This document shows, in pieces, positions 12,833 through 23,173 of a stretch of DNA of 33,000 bases; the stretch's first letter is position 1; every line of letters starts with the position of its first letter. The stretch is from assembly GCA_965235115.1 (NCBI GenBank), contig OZ249445.1, positions 10,416,001 through 10,449,000 of the forward strand. Direction: 5' to 3'. Origin of the DNA: Laetmonice hystrix. Lineage: Eukaryota. The translations under genes and the position numbers were made by a program. The notes under the pieces are model-generated. The model worked only from the letters and a program-made list of their open reading frames with translations. It was not told where the DNA came from and ran no database searches.

Positions 12833-12960
12833 CTACATGAGAAAAACGCTCCAACACCCTTGACAGTTCACGGCGACAGCAGGTAATATTTAATTATTGC
12901 TCTGTGGACTCTGGTACACTGAGCTGAAATGGAAACTAAACCGAAGGTAGAATGACTTAC

Positions 12961-13072
12961 CTGAGCTCGAATGGCTGCGAGTTGCAGATTGGCAACGCGA
13001 ATTTCATTCCTCTTTCGACATAAATCCTCTTGTGTTTCATAAACCTTTGCATGTAAATGATTGGCTAAGTTT
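12961..13072 (-). CDS. F-BAR gene exon 7b (coiled coil): NLANHLHAKVYETQEDLCRKRNEIRVANLQLAAIRAQ
   Basis: Strong acceptor ttttctttccctccttgcgtttgcag|, donor CAG|gtaagt, 112 nt, phase 2 to 0. Its first base completes the AG|A Arg codon left by exon 19347-19501. Heptad-like helical sequence. Confidence 0.85.
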
Positions 13073-13129
13073 CTGCAAACGCAAGGAGGGAAAGAAAACA
13101 GAGGTATCATTAGTATATCTGGTACTTAC

Positions 13130-13217
13130 TCTTTGATCGGGACGGGGCGAAGGAGATGGGGGAGGCAGCGGGGAAGGAGGTTCCTTCTTCTTGGATTCTT
13201 TGTGCTTTTTCGGCATT
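13130..13217 (-). CDS. Candidate alternative exon 7a (Lys/Pro-rich): MPKKHKESKKKEPPSPLPPPSPSPRPDQR
   Basis: Acceptor attgtacag| (weak pyrimidine tract), perfect donor AGA|gtaagt, 88 nt, phase 2 to 0 like exon 7b; open and strongly protein-like; begins with an ATG, so could also be an alternative first exon. Confidence 0.55.
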
Positions 13218-13505
13218 CTGTACAATATTTGCATAGATAACGACGGCAAAACCTGTGTCGTGTGAAGGATAGAAAAACAGTCACATCTTCGCTCAGTTGC
13301 AGTCACATGGTAACGCAACTATAAGCTTGGCGCAGTTGGAAGCCCCAGGACTGTAGAGACTACGGCCCTGTGTCTCTCACTCCTGTATCATCCACTGCTT
13401 AAAACATCCACCGTAGGCAAACCCCCCGAATGGAGAGAATTCAACAAAATACAGTCAAGTCACAGCATCCAGAATGACACATCGGAGATTGCCATCATGT
13501 AAGAT

Positions 13506-14189
13506 AGAGATTCCTACGTGAAGCCTGAAGCAGCCCCTATCGTGGCTGCGTGGCGTGGTGGACATGAGGCAGTCTGAGGATGTCACAGACTCACAGTGGT
13601 CGTTTTCCTGCCCCACCACCGGCAGCACCGCTCCACCACCGGCCACCAACCACCCAACCCACCTGTCGTTAGGCTGGCTGGCCACTACGCTCAGTCGTTG
13701 ACACCGCAAGGACAATCAGAAACCACCTCAGCAGATGGTCTAAAGGCTAACATCCTGGAGATCATTGACCATCAAGGCTCGTCTGAGGTCGCACCAGTTA
13801 GAGCAACAGTAGGAGGATGAGGGGACGGCGCCATCCATCACAAACAGCAGGAACAGCGACATCAGCAGCAGCAGCAGCCACAGCCACAGCAGCAGTGCTC
13901 AGCCCTGGCTATAGTTTACTTCAGGTGTGCAGCGAGTGCCCCTCCCTGCTCCCCTCCCCCTTCCATCAGCGCCCAGCTCTCAGCCTCTGATAGCGCCCCT
14001 CCCACCTGGTCCCCAGTGTCGTCCTCCGTGCCCCCTCAACCCTGTCCTGCTGTCCCAGCCCTCCGTCCAGCACCCCGACCTCCGTCACTTTCTCCACCCC
14101 TCCCGTTCACCCTACCCCCGGAACCCCCTCCCCCGCCACGTGCCACCCTACGCCAGTCACAGCAACCTCACCTACCTGTGGACCTATAG
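13506..14189 (+). pseudogene. Disabled low-complexity reading frame (poly-Gln then Pro/Ser-rich), origin unknown
   Basis: One frame of 228 codons with only two internal TGA stops (13575, 13818); includes HHKQQEQRHQQQQQPQPQQQ and PPQPCPAVPALRPAPRPPSLSPPLPFTLPPEPPPPP. GC-rich low complexity alone lowers stop frequency. Confidence 0.35.
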
Positions 14190-14868
14190 ATACATGTAGC
14201 TTTGTTTTCTACGACCTCCTTTAGTGTATACGTGCGGATGTTATGTGGCCAGCAGGCCAGCAGTAGATTATACAGTACACTCATCATATACAATGTAGCT
14301 TGTTATCTATTTTCTACTCTCACTCCAAGTCCCGTCCCCGCTCTGTTTGAAATGTTATGACGGAGGGGCCAAGCTTGAGACATACTAATAGATCATCCGA
14401 CAGTTCATTAGTGTTACCTACAGGTCAACAGTGTCGGGAAACATTAACTATCAACTGAGAGACTGACTAAAACAAAAGAAGGTATATTCACCGTACTGTG
14501 GCAAGAAAGTTTTAAAATCCTTGGAGAGAAACCAACTGCTAGAATTCATTTATAATTGATCAGCATCACTGATAGCCAGCAGACCACCAGACCTCGATGA
14601 TGTACCCCGGCTATCTATTAGCTGTTCCATACTGCAATGATCAACGTTCATCTGCGATAAAAGGCTGTGTAGACAGCCCCTGGCTACAATGGATGGCTAC
14701 AGGCTGCATGGTTTGACCCACAGTCAAGGCAGTGGTCACATAGCCTCGGCTGTTAATACCTAATACCGTTAATACCGTCTTTGCCGACAGATGTAACCTC
14801 AAACACGACTTCACAATTGATTCGTGCATCAGTAACATTACGTCAGCGTTTCACACTCTGGGGCCAGT

Positions 14869-14939
14869 TGCATGACGGTCCGTTCGTTAGAATTCTCATT
14901 GAAAATACATGGGGACATTAACGAACGGACAGTCATGCA
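14869..14939. repeat. Fold-back inverted repeat (MITE-like core)
   Basis: TGCATGACGGTCCGTTCGTTA (14869-14889) versus TAACGAACGGACAGTCATGCA (14919-14939): 20/21 complementary, 29-nt spacer. Confidence 0.85.
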
Positions 14940-17900
14940 GACGTAGAGGAAATGAAACTCTTAATGAGATATATTTGCTATCGTCGCTGGCGGTAGTTAC
15001 TTGTGTTGTGCTTATTGCATCACACCGATTTTGCAAAAGAAATCATTCAATAATAAATAAATCTATCAATTTAGCATTTGATTCCCTGTCTCTTGTCTAA
15101 TCATTCTTTGCACTTTACTCAACTGATTCTTCATGTTGATGTCGACTTTCCAAACATAGAATAGGTAGCATTTGCTGGCTTGCCGCCTGCCATTTAATCT
15201 TGTACCCACACCACCTTTCGCCCCCATAATACCCGTGCCAAGAGTTTAGTGTTTTCAGTTGATATTTCAGGGTTTGGGCCATGAACACGGAGAGAGAGGG
15301 TAGGGTACACTTGCTGAGCCATCCCTGCCCAACCTACACAGACGGGGGTTGTTTACACTGCCCCGGTGCGGTAACCGAGCCAAGTTCACAGGAATATAAA
15401 GTAAGGTTCCTGTCTGTTGGTCTACATGACCTGTCTCTCCAGTAGGAACAGGTGGTTAGACTTCCACCCAAGTGGTTTGTACTGGTTCTCGGTGCCGCCG
15501 CTATCTCATGACTGATCACTTTCTGTCCATCATTCACAACTACTGGGAAATTTCTATGGAATGACAGAAAACAGTTATTATAATCTTGTCAATGTGTCAC
15601 ATTGATTGCCACCTTATTTTAGAATATTTATCAATATACAGGTATTTTGTAGTTATCTGCGTTATATAACTATACTAGTTAATACTATCTCTTTGGAGAA
15701 AAAAAACATTTCCTTTACATTTATGTAAGGTTTCTTCACAAAACAGGCTTTCTTCAGTTAAACTTCAATTCAGATTTTTTGCAATCGTCCGGTGGTAGTT
15801 TTTATCGATACGTTACCCATGCTTAGGATAAAGCAACCAAACCAACCAAGGCCATCACCCCGTGCTACTTCAATCCTCAAATTACTCAAATGGGGATCAA
15901 CTCCAGGGGTGCAGAGTTGGCATGGTAACAAGGGCCCCACAGAGTGGACGAGCGGGGTATAAACCTGGGTGGGGTAAAGTTTACCTGTTAGAATTGGACG
16001 TTTCTCACAAGACAGGTTAACACCTTTTTACATCATACCAGTATTTTCTTTGTGACGTCTGTCGGCAGACGTATATAAAGCGTGATCTGGGAGCAGTCCT
16101 CCTGCCTGCAGACGTCAGTGGGCAGGCCGGGGTAATGGCTAGGGATGGCCGTGAGGTGAGGGGCCAGGTATGGTAGGAGGAGGGGAGGCCGCCCACACCT
16201 CGGCTGTATCCCCAGTTCACCCTGTCATGATCCCACCTACTAACTACCGAGGTCGCCGACAGGAATAACCCTCATCTATAGCCATTAGCCTCCTAGTCTG
16301 ACACACGGGTGCCGCTGTGGTGGGTTACACTCGGACAAACATGTACAATTTATAATCTCGTGATACAAGGCACAGGCTGTGCCTTTTCCGATGTTTTGTC
16401 ACACTTCTGTTGACAAATGTGTCTACTATTCATATCTCACCTGGCGTTATCATATTATTTCCGTTGAATACAAAAGTTGGTATAGGGATGCCAGTCGCAA
16501 TCAATAATATGATTATTTATTTAGAGCATTTAATATTTGAGGGGACTCTTATTTGTGTTATATGGGTAAAACACCAATGATACAAAAGATGGTGTCTGAC
16601 CTCGTCATGCCAGAATGATGGTGCTGCCCCAATACCTGGCGTACATATTCACGCACAGATTGGTGGCGCCCACAATGGAAGCATTTAGCCTGGAAAAATA
16701 CCTCCCTCCGCCATAGTTGGAGATATGGTATATGGAGCACATAGTAGACAATACGCGATGTGATCCTACCTGATTTGCTAATGTGTGGCCACCCTCCCAC
16801 CCGTGTGTACTACATCGTTATTACATCAGACTATCCACAGTGAGGGAGGGAATCCGTCTGCCGGAGTAGCATGTGTATAATCTGTGCTCCGAGTTAATTA
16901 ACCGGCCACTGGGATGGCTCAGGTATAGGATAACCAGGACCGACGGTGCTTGCGGTGCTCGCTTCGCTTGCACGTCACACAATTACAATTTCTGTAACCC
17001 CCCCCCCCCCCCCAATCAACCTCTGGAGCCCTACATCCCTGCAGTAATTGTTCACGTACTCATACATCGAATAGTATATCTACGAGTCCGTCTGGCGATA
17101 CGGTCAGTCACTATGATTGTGATACAGGTACAATTAGCTCTGTGTTGTTCTACACTCGTACCTTTTGACATGATATGTTGGTGAGGACCAACAATGACCA
17201 CTCAGATGGCATACATCGGACTGATACCCGACTTGATCGAGCTGTCTCGATCATCCACCTCAGGACTGCACGCTTCCCGCCTACCAAGTATGGTAAACAC
17301 AATACACCGGCTCGTCCCAACTGCCACACCGATAGCTACAATAATAATGTATATTTACACCCATTTAACAATCTTGGGACGTGCTTTACTTTTCGAAGAC
17401 AACAAAGGACAAAGATGGCGAGTCACATTGAACATCATTATGGACTTCATATCGCCTCATTAACCAACAAACGCTATAAGCATACAAATGGCTTCAAGCA
17501 TAATTGATCACAGGAGCTGGAATGCATGCTGAGCCTATGCAGCCTATTGAGATACACTATGACCTTTCAAGATCAATCAAATCCAGAAGGAACAGTGCCC
17601 AATAACAATGACAGATATGTAGTGTACTAAGATGCAACTTGTGCACTGGTGAAACCAGAAGTACAAGTAATATACAACTGTTGTACCTCAGTCTTTCCTT
17701 CACATGTCTCTCGGTTACTGATTCCAGCCGCTTCAGATCTGGCTCTCAACACTTTGGCACAAGTTTTATGCGTTGACCTTACAAAAGGTTCAAAGGTCAT
17801 ATCCAGTCCTGCAGCCATACATGAGGATATCCTTCAAGGAGAGCTGACATTTCCCTCAGATTAGCAACATGCAGTGGTTACCTGTATTGTATGTCCCTGT

Positions 17901-18427
17901 GAGATTCAGAATTTGTTTAGTGTGACAGTACTCGCTCACCTTCTCGTCATTGTGAGCTCCCTCGGCTGTATTTGTTTATAGCGTCCATGTTGAAAGACTG
18001 ATATTATTGTGAAACAAATTACCAACGCCAGAAATCCGCGTATACATATGTAAACCAAAGCCACATTTATCCTACACCTCTACATTTTGAATATCTGTTT
18101 CTCATATAGCAGTGATCTACACAGAAACAATTTTTTGTATCGTACCAACACTATATTAAAACCGTGTTGTATGTCCGACAGATGACCTTATCCTATACGT
18201 AGTTTAATGAAGTACCACTTCTCTCACGTTCATGTAAAAAAAGGATAAAACCGAAAACAGACAGTATTATATTTTCTGCCACAAAGTAATCCTCGTCAAA
18301 ACGTCACAACTATATCATCACCCAAAGGCCGCCGATCATACCAGGTCACGTGATATTGGAAGCCTCTCCAAAATAATAAAATCCGTTACCCGGTGCATTA
18401 GAGGCAGGCACATACAGAAAGAATCAA

Positions 18428-18489
18428 AGAGCCTGTGAGAGGTATAGAGAATTTCATGAGAGCCTGTGAGAGGTATAGAGAATTTCATG
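18428..18489. repeat. Perfect 31-bp tandem duplication
   Basis: AGAGCCTGTGAGAGGTATAGAGAATTTCATG at 18428-18458 and 18459-18489. Confidence 0.95.
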
Positions 18490-19346
18490 GAGATAAAGAA
18501 CCGGGGTGGTAGAATCCTCCTGTCGTCGACTGGCAGAACCTGAAGGGAGTCTACTGTGACCATTTATCAGTGTCCTGTCCTCGCCGCCTTCCCCAGCCTC
18601 CCAGCTTTGTGTGTGTGGAGGAGGGCTAGGCAGAGTGTGGGACCGAGAAATCTCCTGCTATATGGGCCTTGTAGACAACTGGCACTCGCCAGTAACATCC
18701 CCAACTGATAAGGTCAAGACGATCTCAACCTCAAGGTTCCAAATCGGTTGTCTCTCGATGGGTTATCGTGTGTTCTGCAGACGCCAGATCTTCGAACGGT
18801 AGGACTTGGACCAACTGCCTCTAAGTTCCCCCTTTTTTTAGGTACTCTCAATTTTTACATTGCACGATTGTATCATTTCAGTCCTACTAAATAATAGGTC
18901 AGCTGGCCGCTTGGTCGTATAGATTGCTTACCAGATAGAGTAAACGATGGGTCAAAGAAGAGTAACTTTGTCAGTCCACTGATCTCACAGAGGGTGTACA
19001 AACATTTGATAAAAACACGTCGTGAGGCACAAATCACTTCAGAAGTCGTTCGACATAATAATAAGTGTATTCAACTTCTTTATAACCGTTTTTGTGAAAT
19101 CTACTTATCATAATTAGAATTGTATCATAATTTGAGCATTTAACGAAAAGATCATAATAACGTATGATGATGTGGTAATCACAAATAATTGCATGAATTA
19201 CTCTTGGTTTTTCTGTAAACATATTATTTCGTTTTCTGCTCTTTTTTTTCTACAAATTTATAGAAAATTATACTTCAGAAACTATAAAAGAGACCTGTTT
19301 AAGGGCGCTAGCAAAGAAAGGTTGAAGTCATGGAATCAAAACTTAC

Positions 19347-19501
19347 CTCTGACATACATTCATGAGTGTTTGCGTAACATCCTGATTTTGTTTAAGGTAA
19401 GAAGTTAACTCCGACGCCTCACGTTGTAAATCCATTCGTTTGGCCTTTACATTCACTTCTGTATGCCGGTCAAATATTATATGGTCCTTGAGTGTACTGA
19501 G
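19347..19501 (-). CDS. F-BAR gene exon 6: LSTLKDHIIFDRHTEVNVKAKRMDLQREASELTSYLKQNQDVTQTLMNVCQ(R)
   Basis: Acceptor ttttcactgttgtag|, donor GAG|gtaagt, 155 nt, phase 0 to 2, open; resembles the coiled-coil extension (FX-like) that follows the F-BAR in Fes/Fer. Confidence 0.88.
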
Positions 19502-20135
19502 CTACAACAGTGAAAAGCCATACGGGCCATCAACACCTAAAACCATTAGTAGTTTAGGAATGAAAAATATGTTGCAATCAAACTGTCTCATTTGTAACAC
19601 CTAGGGTGAATTCTGAACTTCTATTCCTGCCATTTCTATGCCCATCACGTTTCAGACTTCCCATTCTCAGGTCACATGGACAACAACTAGGCACACCTTA
19701 TACTCTCAGGTCCAGACACCACCACTACAATGTTCAACACTTAATTACCATCAATACGTATTTCAAGATGTCATCGATACTATTTGTCCGTAGAACTGGT
19801 ATCCGGATCATTTTACTTATTGGCACACACTCACAGGTTATCAGTGCGTAATGAATAACATAAGTGGTTTGGTACAACAATTCATTACTATACAAGAGTA
19901 GGAGCCATTACAACCTAATGACAGGTAATCTCCTGCCACGCAATAAAATAAATGCATGTTACAGAATTATTGAAATTCCGTGACGATTTCAAAAAATTCA
20001 CGAACGACGATTGACCTGAACAATCTGATTAAAAACACTATTACTAACAGCGACAATAGTGTTTCAATCACATACAGGAATGACAATTTCTCAGACTAGA
20101 CGATAATGGAGAGTGTAAAGAAGTGATGGTCCTAC

Positions 20136-20306
20136 CTCTGATCCCGGTATATTGGGGTCAGACGGTGGGTTAAATATGTATTCCTTGGGATCGTACGTAA
20201 CCGACTCCTGAGATACGCATACAATGAAGTTGTGTACGTCCGTCTTTGGATTCACGGATTTACACGTCCGTAAGATTCCCTCAAAACGTCGACTCTGCTC
20301 ATTAGC
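20136..20306 (-). CDS. F-BAR gene exon 5: ANEQSRRFEGILRTCKSVNPKTDVHNFIVCVSQESVTYDPKEYIFNPPSDPNIPGSE
   Basis: Acceptor tccttatcttacag|, donor GAG|gtagga, 171 nt, phase 0 to 0, open; V-[ND]-P-x-x-D-x-x-x-F-I pattern typical of the end of F-BAR helix 5. Confidence 0.9.
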
Positions 20307-21041
20307 CTGTAAGATAAGGAGACACTTTTAATTAATTTACCACCTCCCCCTTTCTCCTTTTGTCTGTGTCTGTCTAGTATCGGTCTGTCTGTCTTGGTGC
20401 GTTTGTCTCTACTTTTTATAATCTTAAACCATGCTAACACTCAGAATCAATGACTGTTCCTGGCAGTGACCTGTCAGAAAAAATGCCTTTAATTAAATAT
20501 AGGCATATAATCAAAACCAGAAAGCCTACCTGAATTCTAAAATGAACTGTCATAAACTACATAGCAAGAGAATGCAATGTGAAACTGTGCTGCTGTCATA
20601 TTAATAGACGTTCGTCCAATACTGATAGTTCCGAATGTGTCGGTATTCTGAATTCTGAACTCAGTATCAAAGGAGGAAGATTACTATTAACGTTTCTATC
20701 AGTGCATTGAACCCTTACGGCATTAGAAAATCATACTGAACACAACCCATACTGAACATCACAAGTTCATATTGATATAAATTACTTAGTCTTACAATCT
20801 AACACTGCTGTATAAGCTGTATATTGTTCGACTGTTAACCGTATACAGAATTCATAAACATGTAAGTCCTTCTTTTATCATGTTACTCCACAACCCTGCA
20901 ATCTAACCCCAGTCACTGGTCACATGTTTCCTGTGTCTGCCGCCGGGTGGCACTGCGTTACGCTTAGATTAGAACACTAGCGCCACCTATATGTTGAGAT
21001 GACTGCTAACACGGTACATGTATCTAAGAATGTAATTTTAC

Positions 21042-21122
21042 CTTAGTGAGGAGCAAGAGCGCATGACTTTCAATGGCCCCATTGAGCGTGTTGGCCAAGT
21101 CTATGTGAATCTCCTCCAACTC
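21042..21122 (-). CDS. F-BAR gene exon 4: ELEEIHIDLANTLNGAIESHALLLLTK
   Basis: Acceptor ctttctttttgtcag|, donor AAG|gtaaaa, 81 nt, phase 0 to 0, continues the helix after LPYLLQ. Confidence 0.9.
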
Positions 21123-21177
21123 CTGACAAAAAGAAAGCCAAGAATGGTACATGAATGAAAGCAGAACAATGACTTAA

Positions 21178-21705
21178 AGGGGCATATTATGAGGAAACGT
21201 TAAAAATCGTTATTTCATAGAACTTTTGCTGTTTTCATAAAGAGATCCTTCATTAACATTGCTTAGTAAACAAAGACAGACTTATCAGTTTCATTTTGCG
21301 TGAGAAATCGAAGTTTCTTAAGCTCCCTTGCCCGCTTCTCTGCCGATTTCGTAAAATATTTTTTGGGTGGCATTCTGATGCCGGGCGATCGAGTGCCACT
21401 GCTGAATTGTTTACAACTTAGCAAAGCACGTGACTAAGCACATGCAGAGAGTGCACACACAGGATGTGACACAGTATGCAATTACACGGGTTGATGGGGG
21501 GTTGTCTGCCAAATTATGGCGGGAGATGTGCTATCGGGAGAAATCTATAGGTTTGGTCGTATAGAACCTACTTGTGCTGCATACGCAGCGAAAACACGTC
21601 CGAGGACAAAATGCTGTGGTAGGATTATTTACTTGGATCCCTAGTACACGGTCATGTTGGATAATTGCCGGAAATCCTCAAAAACGTGTTTCATAGCATG
21701 CCCCT
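21178..21705. mobile_element. Non-autonomous DNA transposon (Kolobok-like MITE) in an F-BAR gene intron
   Basis: TTAA on both sides (21174-21177, 21706-21709); left end AGGGGCATATTATGA versus right-end reverse complement AGGGGCATGCTATGA. TTAA duplication with purine-purine termini fits Kolobok; piggyBac would start CC. Confidence 0.8.
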
Positions 21706-21841
21706 TTAATGAACTAAGTAAAAAATAATGCCATGGTAAGGTATTATTCTAAACTAAACTTTGTAACTTTCCCTGGTTTGCCCAAAGTTACTGTTATAAT
21801 GACCTGCCCCCCCCCCCCCCCAGCCGATATGGAAGGGTCAC

Positions 21842-22018
21842 CTGGAGAAGGTAGGGGAGTGCCAGCTGATGGTACTCCTCCTCCTGGCGATTGGAAGCTC
21901 GGATCTGTAAGATGTAGTCATTGTGTGCGCTGTGGTAGGCGGCCAGGTACCGCGGCGCGTCACGACTGCTACTGTTACTACGCTGGTTTTGATACGCCTC
22001 AATGTAGGCATTATGGCA
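21842..22018 (-). CDS. F-BAR gene exon 3: CHNAYIEAYQNQRSNSSSRDAPRYLAAYHSAHNDYILQIRASNRQEEEYHQLALPYLLQ
   Basis: Acceptor ttttggtaatttcag|, donor CAG|gtgacc, 177 nt, phase 0 to 0. AHNDYILQI...YHQLALPYLLQ aligns with the H-N-x-Y-[VI]-L...LP-x-LL helix-4 motif of Fes/Fer-type F-BAR domains. Confidence 0.92.
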
Positions 22019-22354
22019 CTGAAATTACCAAAATAACACCTCTTTAAAATTAAAGGGATTGTTTAAATATACTGATGGACGGTCAGGTAAAAGGACATGT
22101 GCATATTTCACATTAATATCCCGAAAGAAACACTTTTTTGATCTGTTACATGTATAATTTTTGTTTTTGAAACAACTTTGTACCCACAAGACTTTGATTA
22201 CTATGAATACATTTTTCATACATTTCTTACATATTTGAGGAAATAGATAAATAATCCATAATTATGAGATGTCAATATGACTCATACAAGTAATAAAATA
22301 GACAGTACTGCTTCAATTTCCCGCCAGTCATACGTAAAGTGGATAGAAACGTAC

Positions 22355-22507
22355 CTTATAAACATTGTCTTCAGCATTAGAGAGCATAGATTCAAAGCTG
22401 TCTCTGAACTGGTAGAGTTTCTTGGACTGACTCCGTTTGTAACTGGCAATTTCTAGCAGTGGCGTGTAGACGTTTTTCATGATGAGCGTGGCTGTATCAG
22501 CATGTGC
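22355..22507 (-). CDS. F-BAR gene exon 2: AHADTATLIMKNVYTPLLEIASYKRSQSKKLYQFRDSFESMLSNAEDNVYK
   Basis: Acceptor ggaccttacag|, donor AAG|gtacgt, 153 nt, phase 0 to 0; H...PL...K..KK pattern of F-BAR helices 2-3. Overlaps ORF-track 22328..22528. Confidence 0.92.
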
Positions 22508-23100
22508 CTGTAAGGTCCAACAAATCACAACTATTGGTAATTGTTCGTATACAAAGTGCGCTCTCCTGCCACTAGGAGGCCGTCCACGCGGGCTTCCATA
22601 TACATGGCGCCACCTGCCGGGAATCCGAGAATACCTGCATGGGGCAGGAAACCATGTTTACCGTCGTCGCGAATTTCTCTCCTTCCAATACGCGGGACTG
22701 TAGATAGCCAGAGCGGACACCTCACTGAATGGCTTTTTATTGTAATTTCGAAATGATTATTAACTACAATCCAAGATAACTCGATTATTAATTCTGGAAA
22801 TGGTAGAAAAAAATCTTGAAAGTATCAGGAGACGTGATCGGACCTGGTGAGTTGTTCCATTTATAGTACACTTATTAAGTTTCTGTCAACATGAGGAGTG
22901 GTGACTTCTCAAATACTACTTGATCCATTTTTTTTCTTTTTTTGGTTCTTTTAATTTCGATTCACATTCGGATTAGACTAGTACTTAGATCAATTTTTCC
23001 GCGTGAAATTACGTCAGCACATTGCCACCTCAAGGCTCGTACTTGACTGGTATCACAATATGTAGCTGCAAAGTTAAGCTGCACAAAGAGAAGTTCATAC

Positions 23101-23173
23101 CTGAGCATCATATTGTGTCTCCTGGAGTAACGTTTCCCATGCACCACTTAGGGAACTTGGGCAATCTAGTGGT
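23101..23173 (-). CDS. F-BAR gene, most 5' exon found: PLDCPSSLSGAWETLLQETQYDAQ
   Basis: Acceptor gtcgtattttgcag|, donor CAG|gtatga, 73 nt, phase 2 to 0; SL-x-x-AW-x-x-LL-x-ET is the F-BAR helix-2 signature and joins in frame to AHAD. Confidence 0.9.

Noticed and set aside
17175-17864. Long frame with two stops as a transposase relic
   Set aside because: No DDE or other recognisable motif in any frame.
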